Shown here in pieces: positions 1 through 13,329 of a stretch of DNA of 64,000 nt. The notes under the pieces are model-generated. The model was not told where the DNA came from. It ran no database searches and saw only the letters and a list, made by a program, of their open reading frames with translations. A program made the position numbers and the translations under genes. Source of the stretch: Tubiluchus corallicola (lineage: Eukaryota > Animalia > Priapulida); contig JAQGDQ010000177.1 of assembly GCA_030141605.1 (NCBI GenBank), positions 380,221 through 444,220 of the forward strand, given 5' to 3'. The stretch's first letter is position 1, and each line of letters begins with the position of its first letter.

Positions 1-692
1 CTCTCTCACAGGTTAGCAAGGACAGCCTATTCAGCTATGTTAGTTTATTTTCTGGCTTCCTTTTTATTCTGGCAACAGCAATTATACAGTTCTGGGTTTT
101 TCTCTTTCTTATGCAGTCGTTTTTACTCTTTCTAACTTATTATATTTCAAATCAAATCTATGTTGTTTATATTCTGTTTTGTGCTTTTAATGTTCTTGTT
201 TTACTTTCGTACATACACATAACATTTTATCTTAAATTTTTTTAGCCGATGAGGCCCGCTATTGTGAAAACTTCTGAAATAATATTGTAGTCATTGAGAC
301 CGCAAAGGGCATTAAGATTTTTATGTTAAATTAAGCATGTCATGTAGCTAAGATACAGAGTTATTTGAGTTATTATAACAGCGTACTAATATTGAAATCC
401 GTTTGATTTTGATGAAGGGCTGTGCTAAACTTCTAAAAATATTTAGAAACATCGGAGCAAAATTAAGAGGCAAAATTTTTTAAATGAGTTATTTTGTAAC
501 TGAGCAGACGCAGATACCGCCTGCTTGTTTTTACCAGCTAAAAAACGTCGAGCAAGGAAGTTTGCTGCTACCGCTAAATGGTTCAAAGCGCGTGTTTTAC
601 CATCTTGACGTTAATGTTCGACATAGAGGGAGCAGCGAGTTAAGATTAAAATTTTTGACAATTTGCAAAATTAGATTTAGTTCTTTTTCTGC

Positions 693-995
693 TCCTCCTT
701 CAAAATCGCATTCCACCTGTTGTAGACATTGAGGTATCAACATTTATCAGGGTATTCCACCCACTTCTATCTGCAGCTAATAGCGTAAGTTCTTCTACTC
801 CTAAAGATAGGTTTGGTTGAAGTTGTTGAACATCTTTATTTATCTTAGCTGTCCAAGTTGTTCTAAGTTTACCAGGTGGTTTCTGCAAGGTTTTAAGGCT
901 TCCTTTAAGGCGATTCTTACTGGTGCTTCATTTGGTAATCTTAGAAGTTGTCCTAGCCATCTTAATCTTCGGATCTTGACTTTTGTCTGGAATAT
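693..995 (-). mobile_element. 3' fragment of an RTE-type LINE (ORF C-terminus plus short tail)
   Basis: The - strand translates, with a frameshift, to KIRRLRWLGQLLRLPNEAPVRIALKEAL...PPGKLRTTWTAKINKD...AADRSGW, the typical post-RT C-terminus of RTE-like LINEs. It ends in GAAGGAGGAG. Homologous to 12577-12925 and 39160-39374. Confidence 0.8.
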
Positions 996-1499
996 GTGCC
1001 TGTAATAAAATTGGCTTAAATAAATAAACGTATTTAGGATACTTCATCACCTGGGGCCTAAGGCCTGTAAAATGATCCCCATCCAGTAAAATGATCATGC
1101 CATCATATAAGAAGAAATAACCGAAATCTTCTTCATAATCACTGGAGAAAGCAAATACTTCCAAAAACATACATTCTGCAACGAAACCGGAAATTGAGCG
1201 CCACGGACAGTTTCCGCATTCTTACTGGAACACGGCCGTACATGCTTAAGGAATTTCCATCCTCCTAACTGCTTGCATATGCCGCACTCCTTCCTTTCTT
1301 CCCAGGGAATATTCCCTGAAATGAAGCAAATCCGATGCGAATGCGATACGCTCAAGCTGAGTGGGGAATTTTGTCGGGAAGAAAATTTATTTACAGTGAG
1401 GGAAGAAATTCCGGCGAATATTGATGTTTACTGACCAACTAGGCAAATAAGAATCAACAATCGTAGATTATTATCACTCAGCTTCTGCAATACGTTGAT

Positions 1500-1925
1500 T
1501 ATCAGCTGACCTGTAAATGGCTCAGTTACTTATTAAAGGTTTTTTATCACTTCATAAGCAATCAGCTGGTCTGTAGGTGGCGCTGTTACTTCTTAGAGGT
1601 TTTTTCAGCAATCAGCTGGTCTATAGATGGCGCTGTTACTTGTTAAATGTTTTTAGTACTTCATAAACAATCAGCTGACCTAAGGCTTTTCTTCGTGACA
1701 ATCAGCTGGTCTATAGGTGTCGCTGTTAGTTATTAAAGTTTTTTTACCACTTCATAATTTTGTCTGATAGCACTTTTAAATGAAATATTTATGCATGCGT
1801 ACAAAGTATGTTCGAAATAAAATGATAAATAAACAAATTAGCTGACCCGTGCGCGTAAGACTCTTACTTCTTAAAGTTTTTGTATCATTTCGTGAGCAAT
1901 CAGCTGGTCTGTAGGTGGCGCCATT
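1500..1925. repeat. Degenerate minisatellite, about 7 units of 30-60 bp
   Basis: Units start near 1501, 1561, 1611, 1670, 1701, 1838 and 1899. Core ATCAGCTGGTCTRTAGRTGGCGCTGTTACTT. Confidence 0.9.
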
Positions 1926-2419
1926 AGATTTCATTTCAAAAAACGATTTTCAGAATTCGCTTTTCTTAAACTGCAAATTGAACTATATCTGGACACACTC
2001 TGGATCTGAACCATGAACTTTTACTTGACAAATTCAAAGATTATTTCCGAAAACTTCATAACTTTGTATTTAGTCCATCACAAATAAACGAATAATTACC
2101 TGTACATCAAAAGCTCATTTAATGAAAATAGTTGTAACAGGACTGGCATCTACCTCGTTGTCAAAGATAATCCTCTAAGATGAGACATACTCTTGGGTAG
2201 CATGGATGAAGATGAAACTGCCTAGGACCAGTTACCAGGCTCCGTTTTACTTAACTCCAGCTAGAAGCCCTCATTGATTCTACTTTCCCCATTACTACAA
2301 GAACGCCCTTAAATTACTGATATTACTATAAAAATCAATAATAAACTAGTTAAGAGCATAGTTAAACTATGGTAAATAAACGTACATGTATCTAAGATAG
2401 GCCCAATTTTCGAGATTTT

Positions 2420-2600
2420 TGTTGCTGCTACTGTCGTCGTCGTCGTCGCCGCCGTCGCCGCCGCCGCCGTGTTGTTGTTGCTGTTGTTGTTGTCGTCGAC
2501 GTCTTGTTGTTGTTGTTGCTGCTATTGTTGTTGTCGCCGTCGTCGTTGTTCTTGTTGCTGTTGCTGTCGTTGTCGTTGCGTCATCATTGTTGTTGTTATT
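2420..2600. repeat. Compound (GTC/GCC/GTT)n microsatellite
   Basis: Trinucleotide runs visible directly. Confidence 0.9.
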
Positions 2601-2717
2601 GTGAAAGTCACGTTTGAGGTTGTAGTTGAACACTTTGTCGAAAACGAATAAAACACTATACTACATATCTGCACAAAACTGAAAAGCGTTTATTAACTAC
2701 ATACACATATATAGAAT

Positions 2718-2865
2718 GACTGCTGAGTGTCCTGCACTGATCACTGAGAGTTAGACAGTAAGTAAAATGAGGATCACGACTGCTGCACTGCACTGAGAGT
2801 GTGAGTTAGACAGTTGTGTAGCACGACTTCTGCACTGCATTGAGAGTGAGACAGAGAGACAGTGA
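2718..2865. repeat. Degenerate tandem repeat, about 3 units
   Basis: Recurring GACTGCTGCACTGCACTGAGAGT...AGACAG. Confidence 0.65.
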
Positions 2866-3306
2866 CCAGAAAGTAAATCTAGTCAGTATACATAGGTATA
2901 GGTAATTATGCAAACTTGGCTTCACAAAAACCATTACTGTAAAAGAGGGAGAGATCCAGTGAATATACATATTCACTGCACCGTACAATTATACTAGGGG
3001 TGAGTTTAGCTAGTAAAATGTAAGGGATTAGTTAATAGATGGCAGCACCTAAAAATATACAGTTACAATTTCCACAGTTATTATTCTTATCGTTGTGTTG
3101 ATTAAGTGTTTCGTGCCTGCGAAGATTTAGCTAAAACTAGCTAATGAAACAAACTAATATAATCTTCTCTATGATACTAAGCAGTCCAGATATTGACCAT
3201 AACTATATTTCAGCGAATTCCTCTGCGTTAATTGGCCCACTTATAGAAACCAGATTAGGTTAAGCAGCTTACTGTAACATTATGAGGCATCAGCATTATT
3301 ATAACG

Positions 3307-3309
<3 letters not shown>

Positions 3310-3377
<68 letters not shown>
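3310..3377. repeat. (CT)n(AT)n compound microsatellite
   Basis: Visible directly. Confidence 0.95.
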
Positions 3378-3379
<2 letters not shown>

Positions 3380-3902
3380 TCACTATAAATCTATTAGGCG
3401 AATAGGAAAAAATCTTTTAACGTGACGATAACAACATGAACTTTTGCTCTTGATATCGGTTTATTAGTTAATCAGTAGTTTATTTTATAATCTATGATAT
3501 TTGTAGCCCATGTTAGGACAAACATGTGCAAAAATAAAGTTGTTTTCCACAGTTTCCTTTCTTGTTTTTTTGTTTTTATTTCTCGTCCTATCATTACGAA
3601 TCCTTAACTTCATCAAGACTGTAAAAGGGATGCCATAATCGTAGCGGAAAAAGACTCTTTACAAAATTACGTACTACATGCGAGAAGGTACACTTATTTT
3701 TGAATGTTTCGCTATGCTGGTGTCAAGTATTGAATAACACAACCTACTTATATTTTGATCAATGTGCTGGTACCGGTATCTAGCTGATTACCAAGGACAA
3801 TCTTCTGAGATGACATCTGAATCGGCAGAGTAGCATCCAAGTGTTTGTACATCCCACATGAAATGAAATTAGTCATGTTCATAGCAGTGTAGCAAAATGA
3901 AA

Positions 3903-3976
3903 ACGCTTGGAACTGGGTATTTAATACTATCAATCACCCAGGTGGTTACTGAGCAAGTTCGGCATTGCTTAAGTTC
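3903..3976 (-). pseudogene. Degenerate 5S rRNA-derived fragment (pseudogene or SINE3 head)
   Basis: The - strand reads GAACTTAAGCAATGCCGAACTTGCTCAGTAACCACCTGGGTGATT...AATACCCAGTTCCAAGCGTT. This resembles the 3' half of animal 5S rRNA (GAAGTTAAGCAACGTCGAGCCCGGTTAGTACTTGGATGGGTGACC...AATACCGGGTG). Confidence 0.5.
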
Positions 3977-4157
3977 AGTCGCTAAGCACACACTCGGGTG
4001 ATTAAATCGCCTTCGAACAACTGCTGACATTTTCAACTTCCAGGTGATCAACTATTAGGTCATTGTTAAGTTTTTCTTTGAAAACTTGCAAATTTATAGT
4101 AGAAAAGCATCAGTGGAATACTTGGAAGACTGTTTTAATTCCAAAATTACGTGTATT

Positions 4158-4343
4158 TGTTTTTTCTTTTTCATTCTTTGTTTCTTTTCTTTTCTTTTCC
4201 TTTCGTTTCCTTCCCTTTCGTTTTAATTTCGTTTCGTTTTCTTATCTTTTCTTTTCTTTTCTTTTCTTTTCTTTTCTTTTCTTTCTTTCCTTTTCTTTTC
4301 TTTTCTTTTCTTTTCTTTTCTTTCCTTTCCTTTCCCTTCCTTT
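4158..4343. repeat. (TTTTC)n pyrimidine-rich tract
   Basis: Visible directly. Confidence 0.9.
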
Positions 4344-5106
4344 CATCTCCTACGTTTTTCCTTCGTTTGTTAGGAGCTGTTAAGTTTGAATGAAACGGGT
4401 GCGTAATTAAACTTTTTGCAAATATAATAGTTTTGCTGCTCACGTTTTTAAGTTTCCGTACAATAATAGTGGTTGTACGTTACTAGAAACTCCCCACATC
4501 CCCGTTTCGAACTTAGGCATCCCACACAGCTAAGCAGTCATATAAGCCCTTCAAACGTTCAAATTTCTAATTGCTTGCTTAGATCCATTTTAATGTACAA
4601 TTTGCACCTCGGTATCTTAGTTAGCTAACACTTTGCCACGTGATCATTCACATGCGGTCTTTATCACCCGAAATTCTCTGTGACAATGTGACCTTCTTCA
4701 CGTAATGTGGAACAATTCCCACAGATGACGTCACTTGAAAACGATATGGTCGTTGCGTTGTTAAGGTTTCTTTAATAATTATATTTTCCTAGTTTCCTGG
4801 GCAGAAACTGATCATTTAGCCAGAAGCCCAAATGGTAAAATGAATGCAGTTGCAAACGATAAAAATGAAGTTTAGTTCGCCATCAATTTTGCTCCACTTA
4901 GAAAGAAGATGTTTGCTGATAGATTCATAGTCGAGTGGGTCATTTTTAACCGCTGCGTAAGGGAATGACGTGATTTGTAACTAATGTAGAGGGCAGCACT
5001 AAACTCTGCTTGTGCACCCTCTGTAACTAAATTAGGCCTAATTTTTTTACCTGTTTGAGGAATTTTTTTGTTTGTTAACACAACATCGATTGTGATTACA
5101 AAGCTT

Positions 5107-5272
5107 CAACAGCAGCAGCAGCAGCAGCAGCACCGTCACCACCACCGCCGCCACCACCACCACCACCACTACCACCACCACCACCACCACCACCACCACC
5201 GCCACCACCAACACCAACACCAACACCACCACCACCACCACCAACACCAACAACAACAACAACAGCAGCAGC

Positions 5273-5335
<63 letters not shown>

Positions 5336-5368
5336 AACGACGACGACGACGACGACGACTACAACTAT

Positions 5369-5412
<44 letters not shown>

Positions 5413-5470
5413 CGACGACGACGACGACGACGACAACAACAACAACAGCAGCAACAACAACAGCAACAGC
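5107..5470. repeat. Compound (CAG)(CAC)(CAA)(CGA) microsatellite
   Basis: Visible directly; explains the polyQ/H/V/C ORFs in the track. Confidence 0.95.
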
Positions 5471-6155
5471 TAGCCAGTAACACAAAAAGATTGGGAAACC
5501 AGAGTAATAAATTATCTTTGAACGAAACATGCCTAATGATTTAAACAGAACGAGCCAGAAACTAGATCTAATTAATTATTAATTAACCTCATTAACTGAC
5601 CACATTTCAGTAATAGAATCTTGCAGGTGATCATAATAATGCTATGGAAAGTGTTAACAGCGTTGACACTGATGCCTAATCAAGTCATTAGAACTTCCCT
5701 ACCTAGCCAGCTATAAATAAACTTAATCAGCTAGTCAGATATCATTATTATGAAACTCAAACCTCTGCGCATTAAACAGTGAAAGCTTTTGAGTTAGGCT
5801 TCTTGTAGGACACCTAACATTAGTTCACACTTGGGACTGCGTGTGTGACTGTAATGAAACCAGTCAGTGACATGACTTCACTGCATTCTATGCATACCAT
5901 CACTCCGCCTGCCAGGACCTGCGTGTAATGTTAGAAATGGCAAAGCTGATGTGGCAGAAATACGGGAATGTTTAAGTTTTAGAGGATCCAGTTTGGGCAA
6001 AGAAAAAGAAAAAACGCATTTTATCCTTATGAAGTTGTTCAATCATAACTATTTATCAACGATGCACCTTTCTTTAAGAAAGGTAAAATTACCACAATTA
6101 TTTGTTATTTTAAATTGTTTGATGCTACGAAATTGCTTCATTTCTTAGAATTTAA

Positions 6156-6297
6156 CACAACGACAACGCCGCAGCCGCCACTGACGACGACAACAATAAC
6201 AAAACAGCAACGATGACAAAAACAACAGCAACGACAACAACAACAACAAACAGCAACAACAACAGCAACAGCAAATTACAAAAACAACAACAGCAGC

Positions 6298-6330
<33 letters not shown>

Positions 6331-6332
6331 TA

Positions 6333-6363
<31 letters not shown>

Positions 6364-6403
6364 AGCGACAAAAACAACAGCAACAACAACAACAACAACA
6401 AAA
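6156..6403. repeat. (CAA/CAG)n microsatellite
   Basis: Visible directly. Confidence 0.9.
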
Positions 6404-8522
6404 ATAGCAATAGTTCGAATTTTCTGACGCAACTGTAAATAATTTAAAGTCAGTAATGTGTTGTATGTACTCAGTAATTGAACAGGTACGCTTCGTAATT
6501 CTGACCCAGCGATATACAAGACTTGTGCAAGTATTATATTTCCTTGCTGTGCATTTTAAAAACTAATCCGATCGTCAGTAAACTAATCGTAACTGGATAT
6601 CAAACACTCTGAGCTGCGTGAAGAAGAATGCAAAATGAAGAATGCATTTTGTTTCTACCAGGTCAGGCGATAAATTTAAATAGTCTGCCTACAATTGGCG
6701 CGCAGTGAGCAGAAAATGAAGTGAATTCTTTAAGAAGCCGACAAGTTAATGCAGGCAATTCCAGTTGATCGATTAATGATCGTACATATTTCAGAAGCTT
6801 CTATGATAATGAATTGTTGCATTGAAGCTAAGTTTAAGAGATGAATGTGAAAGCTGTCAAAATGTCACGTGTATATTAATAGCAATATAATAATGATTAA
6901 ATGATAACCTTTAACTGTAATACAATAAGATTAACTTACGATTAAGTTAATACGCTTAAGATTAGCAGATCTTTGCATCTCTCTACGCAAACAACCATGT
7001 GCATCATAATATTACTGATAGAGCATTTTTGTCCTACAGGGTTGACCTATAATTTAAGGCACTGATTTGTAGTTTGGCCCACATTATACACTGCACAGCT
7101 GGTATATTTATTATTCATTACTGTGTTTCTTTTAAATCTGTGAGTAACAAACGTGTATGGCTTAGAATGTTCAATGCTTATTGCTGTGCATTCTAAGGCA
7201 GTTCAAATTTAACTTAAATGACAAAAGTGTAAAATTGATGATTGTTGAATATCGAAAAGCACTGCGTCGTATGCTTGCCATACCATATAACTCACGTTCT
7301 ACAATAACGAGACGATTTCTGAAACTTTGTCATTTGAATTTTTAAGAGAATGTTTAAACTGTTGATATTTATAAATTGTTCAAAAAGTTTTGCTTTAAGG
7401 ACACTGTCTCTGTTTAACACGAATTCTACTTGTACAACCCTCGGAGTGAATACGATATTTATCGCGCAAAATATTTCCAATCTTAATAATCGCGATATAT
7501 TTTTTGCTTGTAAACTGTACTGGTTTACTGAAGAGGAAAACCATGTGGCTTTTCGTACGAAGAAATTCGTCAGATTCTGTATTATAGTATAACTAACTAA
7601 TGTAAATATTTTTGTAAATTATTACTAAAATATTGATGAATTGCACTATTATAATATGTAACATGTGCGAATAAAATCGTATATATATAACTGGTTGCTG
7701 TTTCTGGGCCGTTTTGGAAATCTGCAATAAAGAGTTTCACTAAACCTTCAACAATTCGCAAAGCGAACATGTATATACACCCGAATATAGCCAAAGCACC
7801 TCTAAAAATACTTATCTTAGCGGATTACCCTTGCTAGTGCGACTGGGTGCCCGTCCCGCCATGACCATGTGCGTCGAATGCGTCCTGATGTTGCATGCTG
7901 GATTTAGGCTTGCAATGTTTATCAAAATACCTTAAGTATACTAACCAACGATACAAAATTCATTAAAACACACTTCCGGGAGTTACCTTTCCAGTGTGGG
8001 ATATGAGTATGAAAGCATTAACTGGGTTGAAACACAAAAACCATTGTTAAGTCATTGATTGGCGTTCTGTACGAAGAGGTAATTACGGCTCAGCCTCACC
8101 TTGCATGTAGTAATTGCCAGGTGCCATAACTGGCTTCACCTAATCAACATGAACAATGTCACAGGTAGAAAGGCTAATCAACTATACAGGGCGTCCCGAA
8201 ACATTGTGTAGCACAGTTACGAAAATCATCCACACTAACAGTCACGAAATAGGCTCACGCGACGCAAATAAGGTGTGAAATTCTTGGGTGTTTTGTTTGA
8301 GTGCCAGTAGAGGTCGCTGCAGTTGCTCTTGAAGAGAGCACCCTTCGTTAAGTGAACTCATTCATGGGTTCTTGCGTTCTATAACAGGCTTCCTTGTTGT
8401 TATATTCCAATTCATCAAATTCTGTCGTGATATCGTCTGGCTTCAGACGAGATTATGAGCTTAACTGCCGTATCGGTGGAGAGATGTGAAGAGTTCGAGA
8501 TTGTTAAGGACAAATTTTTGAT

Positions 8523-8702
8523 AGACAGAAAGGGAGGGGGTGGTGAGACATAGAGAAGGAGAAAGAGAGACAGAGAGAGAGAGAGAGAGAGCGGGGGAAG
8601 AGGGAAGGAGACAGAGAGAGGGAGAGAGAGAGAAAGAGAGAGAGAGAGGGAGAAAGAAAGAGAAAGACAGACAGAGAGAGAGAGAGAGAGAGAGAGAAAG
8701 AA

Positions 8703-8740
<38 letters not shown>

Positions 8741-8748
8741 AAGAAAGG
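8523..8748. repeat. (GA)n purine tract
   Basis: Visible directly. Confidence 0.9.
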
Positions 8749-11102
8749 GAGCAAGAAGGATTATGAAATCCAAAAAAACATCACGCAACTGGATGTTTTA
8801 ATCTTGAAATGTTAAAAACTGAAACACATCTCTTTTAACTTTACTAACTGCGCGGACCATTATGAAAACACCCGTTCACATGCAATTTTAATGTATTCAT
8901 GTAAGAAATGAGTTTCTATCTACCTAACTACTACGTGAGTAAGGGATGAGTGTTTGATTTATCGATATTTATCGATTTATCTTTCAGTACCTGTAAATTC
9001 AGTACCTCTTACGTCAGTGTCCTCACCATACACAACCCAGAACGTGGAAGTTGCGCATTTGCTACATAGCCTTTTAGATGTCTGACCACCAAAAATTTAT
9101 TTAGCATTGTGATACTCGTGCTTTCTGCAAAACATTGCGATGTCATTTCAATAAGATAATTGATCTGAACTTCGGATGTCACCAAACAGTGTGACCGTTG
9201 CCATACTGTAAATATGAACTAGGGCAACTTTTTCTTCTATTAACTCGCAAACATTTTACATGGTTCAACTATTTGCCAAAGTGGCAGATCAACACTATTT
9301 TCGCAAAACGGGGCAGTATTGTCAGCAGTAACTTGTTTTCGAGTTCAATGAACGTTTTCGATACTGCTTCTCAATGTTCTGCATTCTCAGAAACAATTCA
9401 GTAATTTCACGAATCTGTTTTAGCACTAGGAACGCTCCACACATATTACAAATGAAATTTGTATTGCTCGCATGTCATTATAGCATGAAATTGTATTGAA
9501 GAAACTGTTATTATTAGTTTACTTTATCAGAGTAAATGCGGCTCTAAGTGACATTTGTGCTACGTGGAATTGACATAAATATTAAAAAGTTAGGGCTTCA
9601 TCACTTCACCTTGTTTGACACCTTAATTATGCGTATTTTAAGGACGCAAATTTGCATTGATGAAGTGAGTTTAGTTATTAAAAAGGCAAAAAAGCAAACA
9701 TTTGCCTTTCTTTTGTAAACTTAAGTCATAAAATCGTGCTTATTTGAACCTTTCATGAGAAAATGGATTATTATTTTTCGCTTGTTCGAGGAACCATTAA
9801 GCAGTGCAATAAAGGGACTCTTTATGTTACAATTACGGCACAGAGGGTAATATTGAAATGCGCAGTGATTTTATAGTAGTTAAATTAATTTGCGAAAGAT
9901 CTTTATAAAAAGGCTGGATGGGAAAGGCTGAACACTGAACAGCTTTCCTCTAAACGGTGTGCAATGATGAGCAACCTGCTATGCAATTGTGCTTGAGGAA
10001 GGAAAAATCCACGTAATTTGTTTTCCGTTTTGTTGAAACAATATGGCATTCTGGCGAAAATGGTAAGTATTTCTGGCATTGTATTAAATAATAAGACATA
10101 CTAAGATAAACCAATACTTTACTCTCTGGCTGGTTTTATCCTAAAATCGGCCTTTCTCATGCTCTTTTGATTAAGCTGGAGTGTTAAAATGCAGTTAAAA
10201 ACACGAAAGTTTTGCTAAAAGAGAAGTGCTTTGTAGTTCACCTTCTAATTCGTTGTCTGGCCATTAATTACAATCAGTTTACAAATTACAGTTATTTTCT
10301 ACAAATTCGACTGCTCAGCATTCAAGTCTGTAAAATTTAGGTTGGCTGAGCCAAAAACACTTCATTTGATACGAACTGATGTAGCATGGCTTTTTTAATA
10401 ACTGCCAATAGAAATTCATTTAAAATTCCTTGTTTAACAACGTTTGCGCGAAAGCTTAAATAAATGTTTTCTGCACTGAGCAAAAATCTGCAATCGATTG
10501 CATACTTATTAGAAATTAAACGGAAAGTTTAGAACTGACATGTCAAACCACGTGACTAGCAACCAATAATTGAAATTAATGGTCACATTCGCAGCCCTTT
10601 CCCACGTGCTAGTGTTTAATGCCTGTGCTTTTATATCCCAGTTTATAGCTGGAATTTTTTGCATGGCTACTTGACAGCTTAACTGCCTGCTGACTTGATG
10701 CCTTAACATGATTCTATGACATGTTACTCTCTAATAAAACACACAAAGCTTAGAGTTGAAGACACGTCATGACATATCGTCCAAATTCTAAACCAAAATT
10801 TCCATTCCCAGCAATTTGTCATTTGTTAATTTATTTTCGAGATCGGGTATCACAGAATTCAAATCGTACTGAACAGGCATGTAGCGGAAACGCACGAAAG
10901 GAATTTTCTAAAATAAAAACCTCTCTCTCGTTTAATGCTGATTCTTAGGATTACTGCACTTACATTTTCAATTCTAGTAATAATAGTGGCTAATCGCGAG
11001 TAACCTGGAGCAGGTGTTACAGGTGTTCTTCGCGTGCACCTTTATAATATGTGATGTTCGGCATAAGTGAAACACGGTATGTGGATACATATGAGGGAAA
11101 AA

Positions 11103-11137
11103 GACAGAGAGAAGGGAGGAGAGAGAGGGGAGAGACG

Positions 11138-11180
<43 letters not shown>

Positions 11181-11182
11181 GC
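11103..11182. repeat. (GA)n microsatellite
   Basis: Visible directly. Confidence 0.9.
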
Positions 11183-12408
11183 ACAGAGATAAAAGTATAG
11201 AGTATGCGAACTGGTAAGCATAAAAAACATGATTTTGACTAATCAAATTCTTGTTTTCTGCTTTGCAACTTAATTCCAGATTAGGTTGTATCACCAAGCG
11301 AGATTCCTTGTTAATTTCCAGTATTTGAAAATTTCAAGAAAAGAATCTTGTTCGTTCAATTTTGCAGTGCAATTTTGGTAATTTATACGCATCCAATGTT
11401 TTTCCACTCAACACTAATTCCGTTAATCCATGGCATAAAATCTCCATTATGCTGTTTGCCAATGCATTATTTAATTATAATCAAAATGTTATTGTATTTA
11501 ACTTAGTTCAGAATTTTATTGGTAATACTATAAAAGATTTTCGCTCTTATTTCTTAGCTTTTATTTCAATCTATCCTACGCGTTCCTTTCATCTTCCTCT
11601 TAATTTTGTTGTTGTTAAATTAGTTTAACTGACAATTGTAATTCTGCGTCTTGTGTCAGTGGTTATGTGAATATCTTAGGCGTATTGTCAGCTTAATTGC
11701 TGTCCGGCAAAGATTATTTTCGGCCGAAAAATAAAAATGTTTTATAAAAAAAATCTTGTTCGTTGAGCCACATTAAAATTTAAGTATTAACTGTAAGTGA
11801 CCTCCACCTCGCCGCCGCGTGATTTATCAATGTCTTCATCCGGACTCCATGTGGTTTTCCATGTTTAACTTCTAGATTTCACGGTTGATGAGACAGAAGC
11901 CACGCTGCTGTCCCGACTGAGCCATGTTGCTATGCTGCTGCTGGTGCTGATGCTGCAATGCTGGAATCTTGTTGAAAATGTTGATTTATTATCATTAATT
12001 AGGTCGACTTGACATCAACAAGTTTTTGCCAACAGCTGGTTTGCTGTAGTACAGCTGTCACAGGGAGAAATTTCGCATTATAGCAGCTTGAAAGAGATAC
12101 AGTTATTTCTTGAATAGCTACTTTTACTTCTGAACATTATTACTTGATACAGTCAGCGGTTTGAACAGGAGTAAACCTTGCAAAATAATACATAAAGTTA
12201 AGTAAGTTCACGCGCACAACGTACTCGATCTGCTAATTACGACAAAAAAGTTATTTCAAAACTCCAGCTTTCCAAACTTTCACAAAAAAACCTCAAACAC
12301 TTGCACTCCCAAGCATGCCGGCGAGCATTGCATATTAATCGTGGATCTAGTATCAACTCAAAGATTTCACCTCTTGAGTGTATTTAATTCACCGTGTGAA
12401 GGAGTGTT

Positions 12409-12563
12409 GCTGAGAAGCCACTGGCATAGCGGAGTCTAGTTTTTGCTGGATTAACTGCTGTGTTTACCTGTCTTAAGGGCAGATTTCTTTTATTTTAGAG
12501 TTCTGCCTGCCCAATATCTACAATAGATGTAATGGGCATATGATGATGATGATATTATGATGA
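12409..12563 (+). mobile_element. Short retroposon 3' end with stem-loop and (TGA)n tail, family A copy 1
   Basis: Homologous to 12945-13093 (+) and 47452-47590 (-). Contains a GGCAGA...TCTGCC hairpin, then a (TGA)n tail. Flanked by TGAAGGAGTGTT and TGAAGGGGTGTT. Confidence 0.75.
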
Positions 12564-12576
12564 TGAAGGGGTGTTC

Positions 12577-12925
12577 TCCAATAAATGTTAAATAGGAAAG
12601 TTTTCAAGAGAAAATGGCCGTACGTAGTCAAAAATGAAGATTTATACACTAGAACAAAAGAAATTCCTTAGACAACTTCTAAGATCACCAAGTGGAACAC
12701 CAGTAAGAATCGCCTTAAAGGAAGCCTTAAAACCTTGGAAAAACAACCTGATAAACCAAAAACAACTTGGATAGCTAAGATAAATAAAGATGTTCAACAA
12801 CTTCAACCAAATCTATCTTTATGAGTAGAAAAACATTGTACTGTTAGCTGCAGATAGGAGTGGGTAGAATGTTCTAAGAAACGTTAATGCTTCAATATCT
12901 ACAAAAGATGGAATGAAATCTTGAA
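12577..12925 (+). mobile_element. 3' fragment of an RTE-type LINE
   Basis: Encodes RKVFKRKWPYVVKNEDLYTRTKEIP...PVRIALKEAL...KPKTTWIAKINKDVQQLQPNL with disruptions. Same family as 693-995. GAA-type tail; flanked by GAAGG(G/A)GTGTTC. Confidence 0.8.
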
Positions 12926-12944
12926 GAAGGAGTGTTCACTCGGA

Positions 12945-13093
12945 AGTGGTGCTGACAAGCCACTAACATAGCAATGTCTAGTTTTGAGCTGGGTTACTGC
13001 TGTGCTTACCAGTCTTGAAGGCGGAGTTATTTTTTTTAGAATTCCGCCCGTCCAGTGTCTACAATTGAGGTAACGGTCATCATAATGATGATG
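12945..13093 (+). mobile_element. Family A copy 2 (stem-loop plus (TGA)n tail)
   Basis: Aligns by eye with 12409-12563. Here the hairpin is GGCGGA...TCCGCC. Confidence 0.7.
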
Positions 13094-13329
13094 GTTGTAC
13101 GCAAAAGCGAGTCGAATGAGTGACTGTGACTGGTGAATTTTATTCCAAACCTGACGTACGTACAAACAAACTATTCTACAAGATTTCTGCTTCTGAGAAT
13201 GAGTTAAATGGACCTACAATTTTAAGGATTTTTTAATAGTTCTTGACTAGCAAGTGTCTTGTTGTACTTATTTGGATATAGAAGTTGCGCATGCGTTGTT
13301 AGCATCTTCCATACACAATGCACAAGCAG

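Noticed and set aside
243-280. GCCGATGAGGCCCGCTATTGTGAAAAC hammerhead-like string
   Set aside because: The core is mutated and stems I-III do not pair convincingly.
1500-1925. CRISPR-like look of the spaced repeats (also 19152-19212 and 26341-26410)
   Set aside because: The spacers are related to each other or absent, there are no cas genes, and the context is eukaryotic.
2248-2275. TAACTCCAGC resembling a twister 5' strand
   Set aside because: No P4/L4 or GAGGG partner downstream.
8184-8202. TA-CAGGGCGTCCCG mariner-like terminus (also TA-CCGGGTGAGTC near 38389)
   Set aside because: No matching opposite terminus or transposase found; too short to call.
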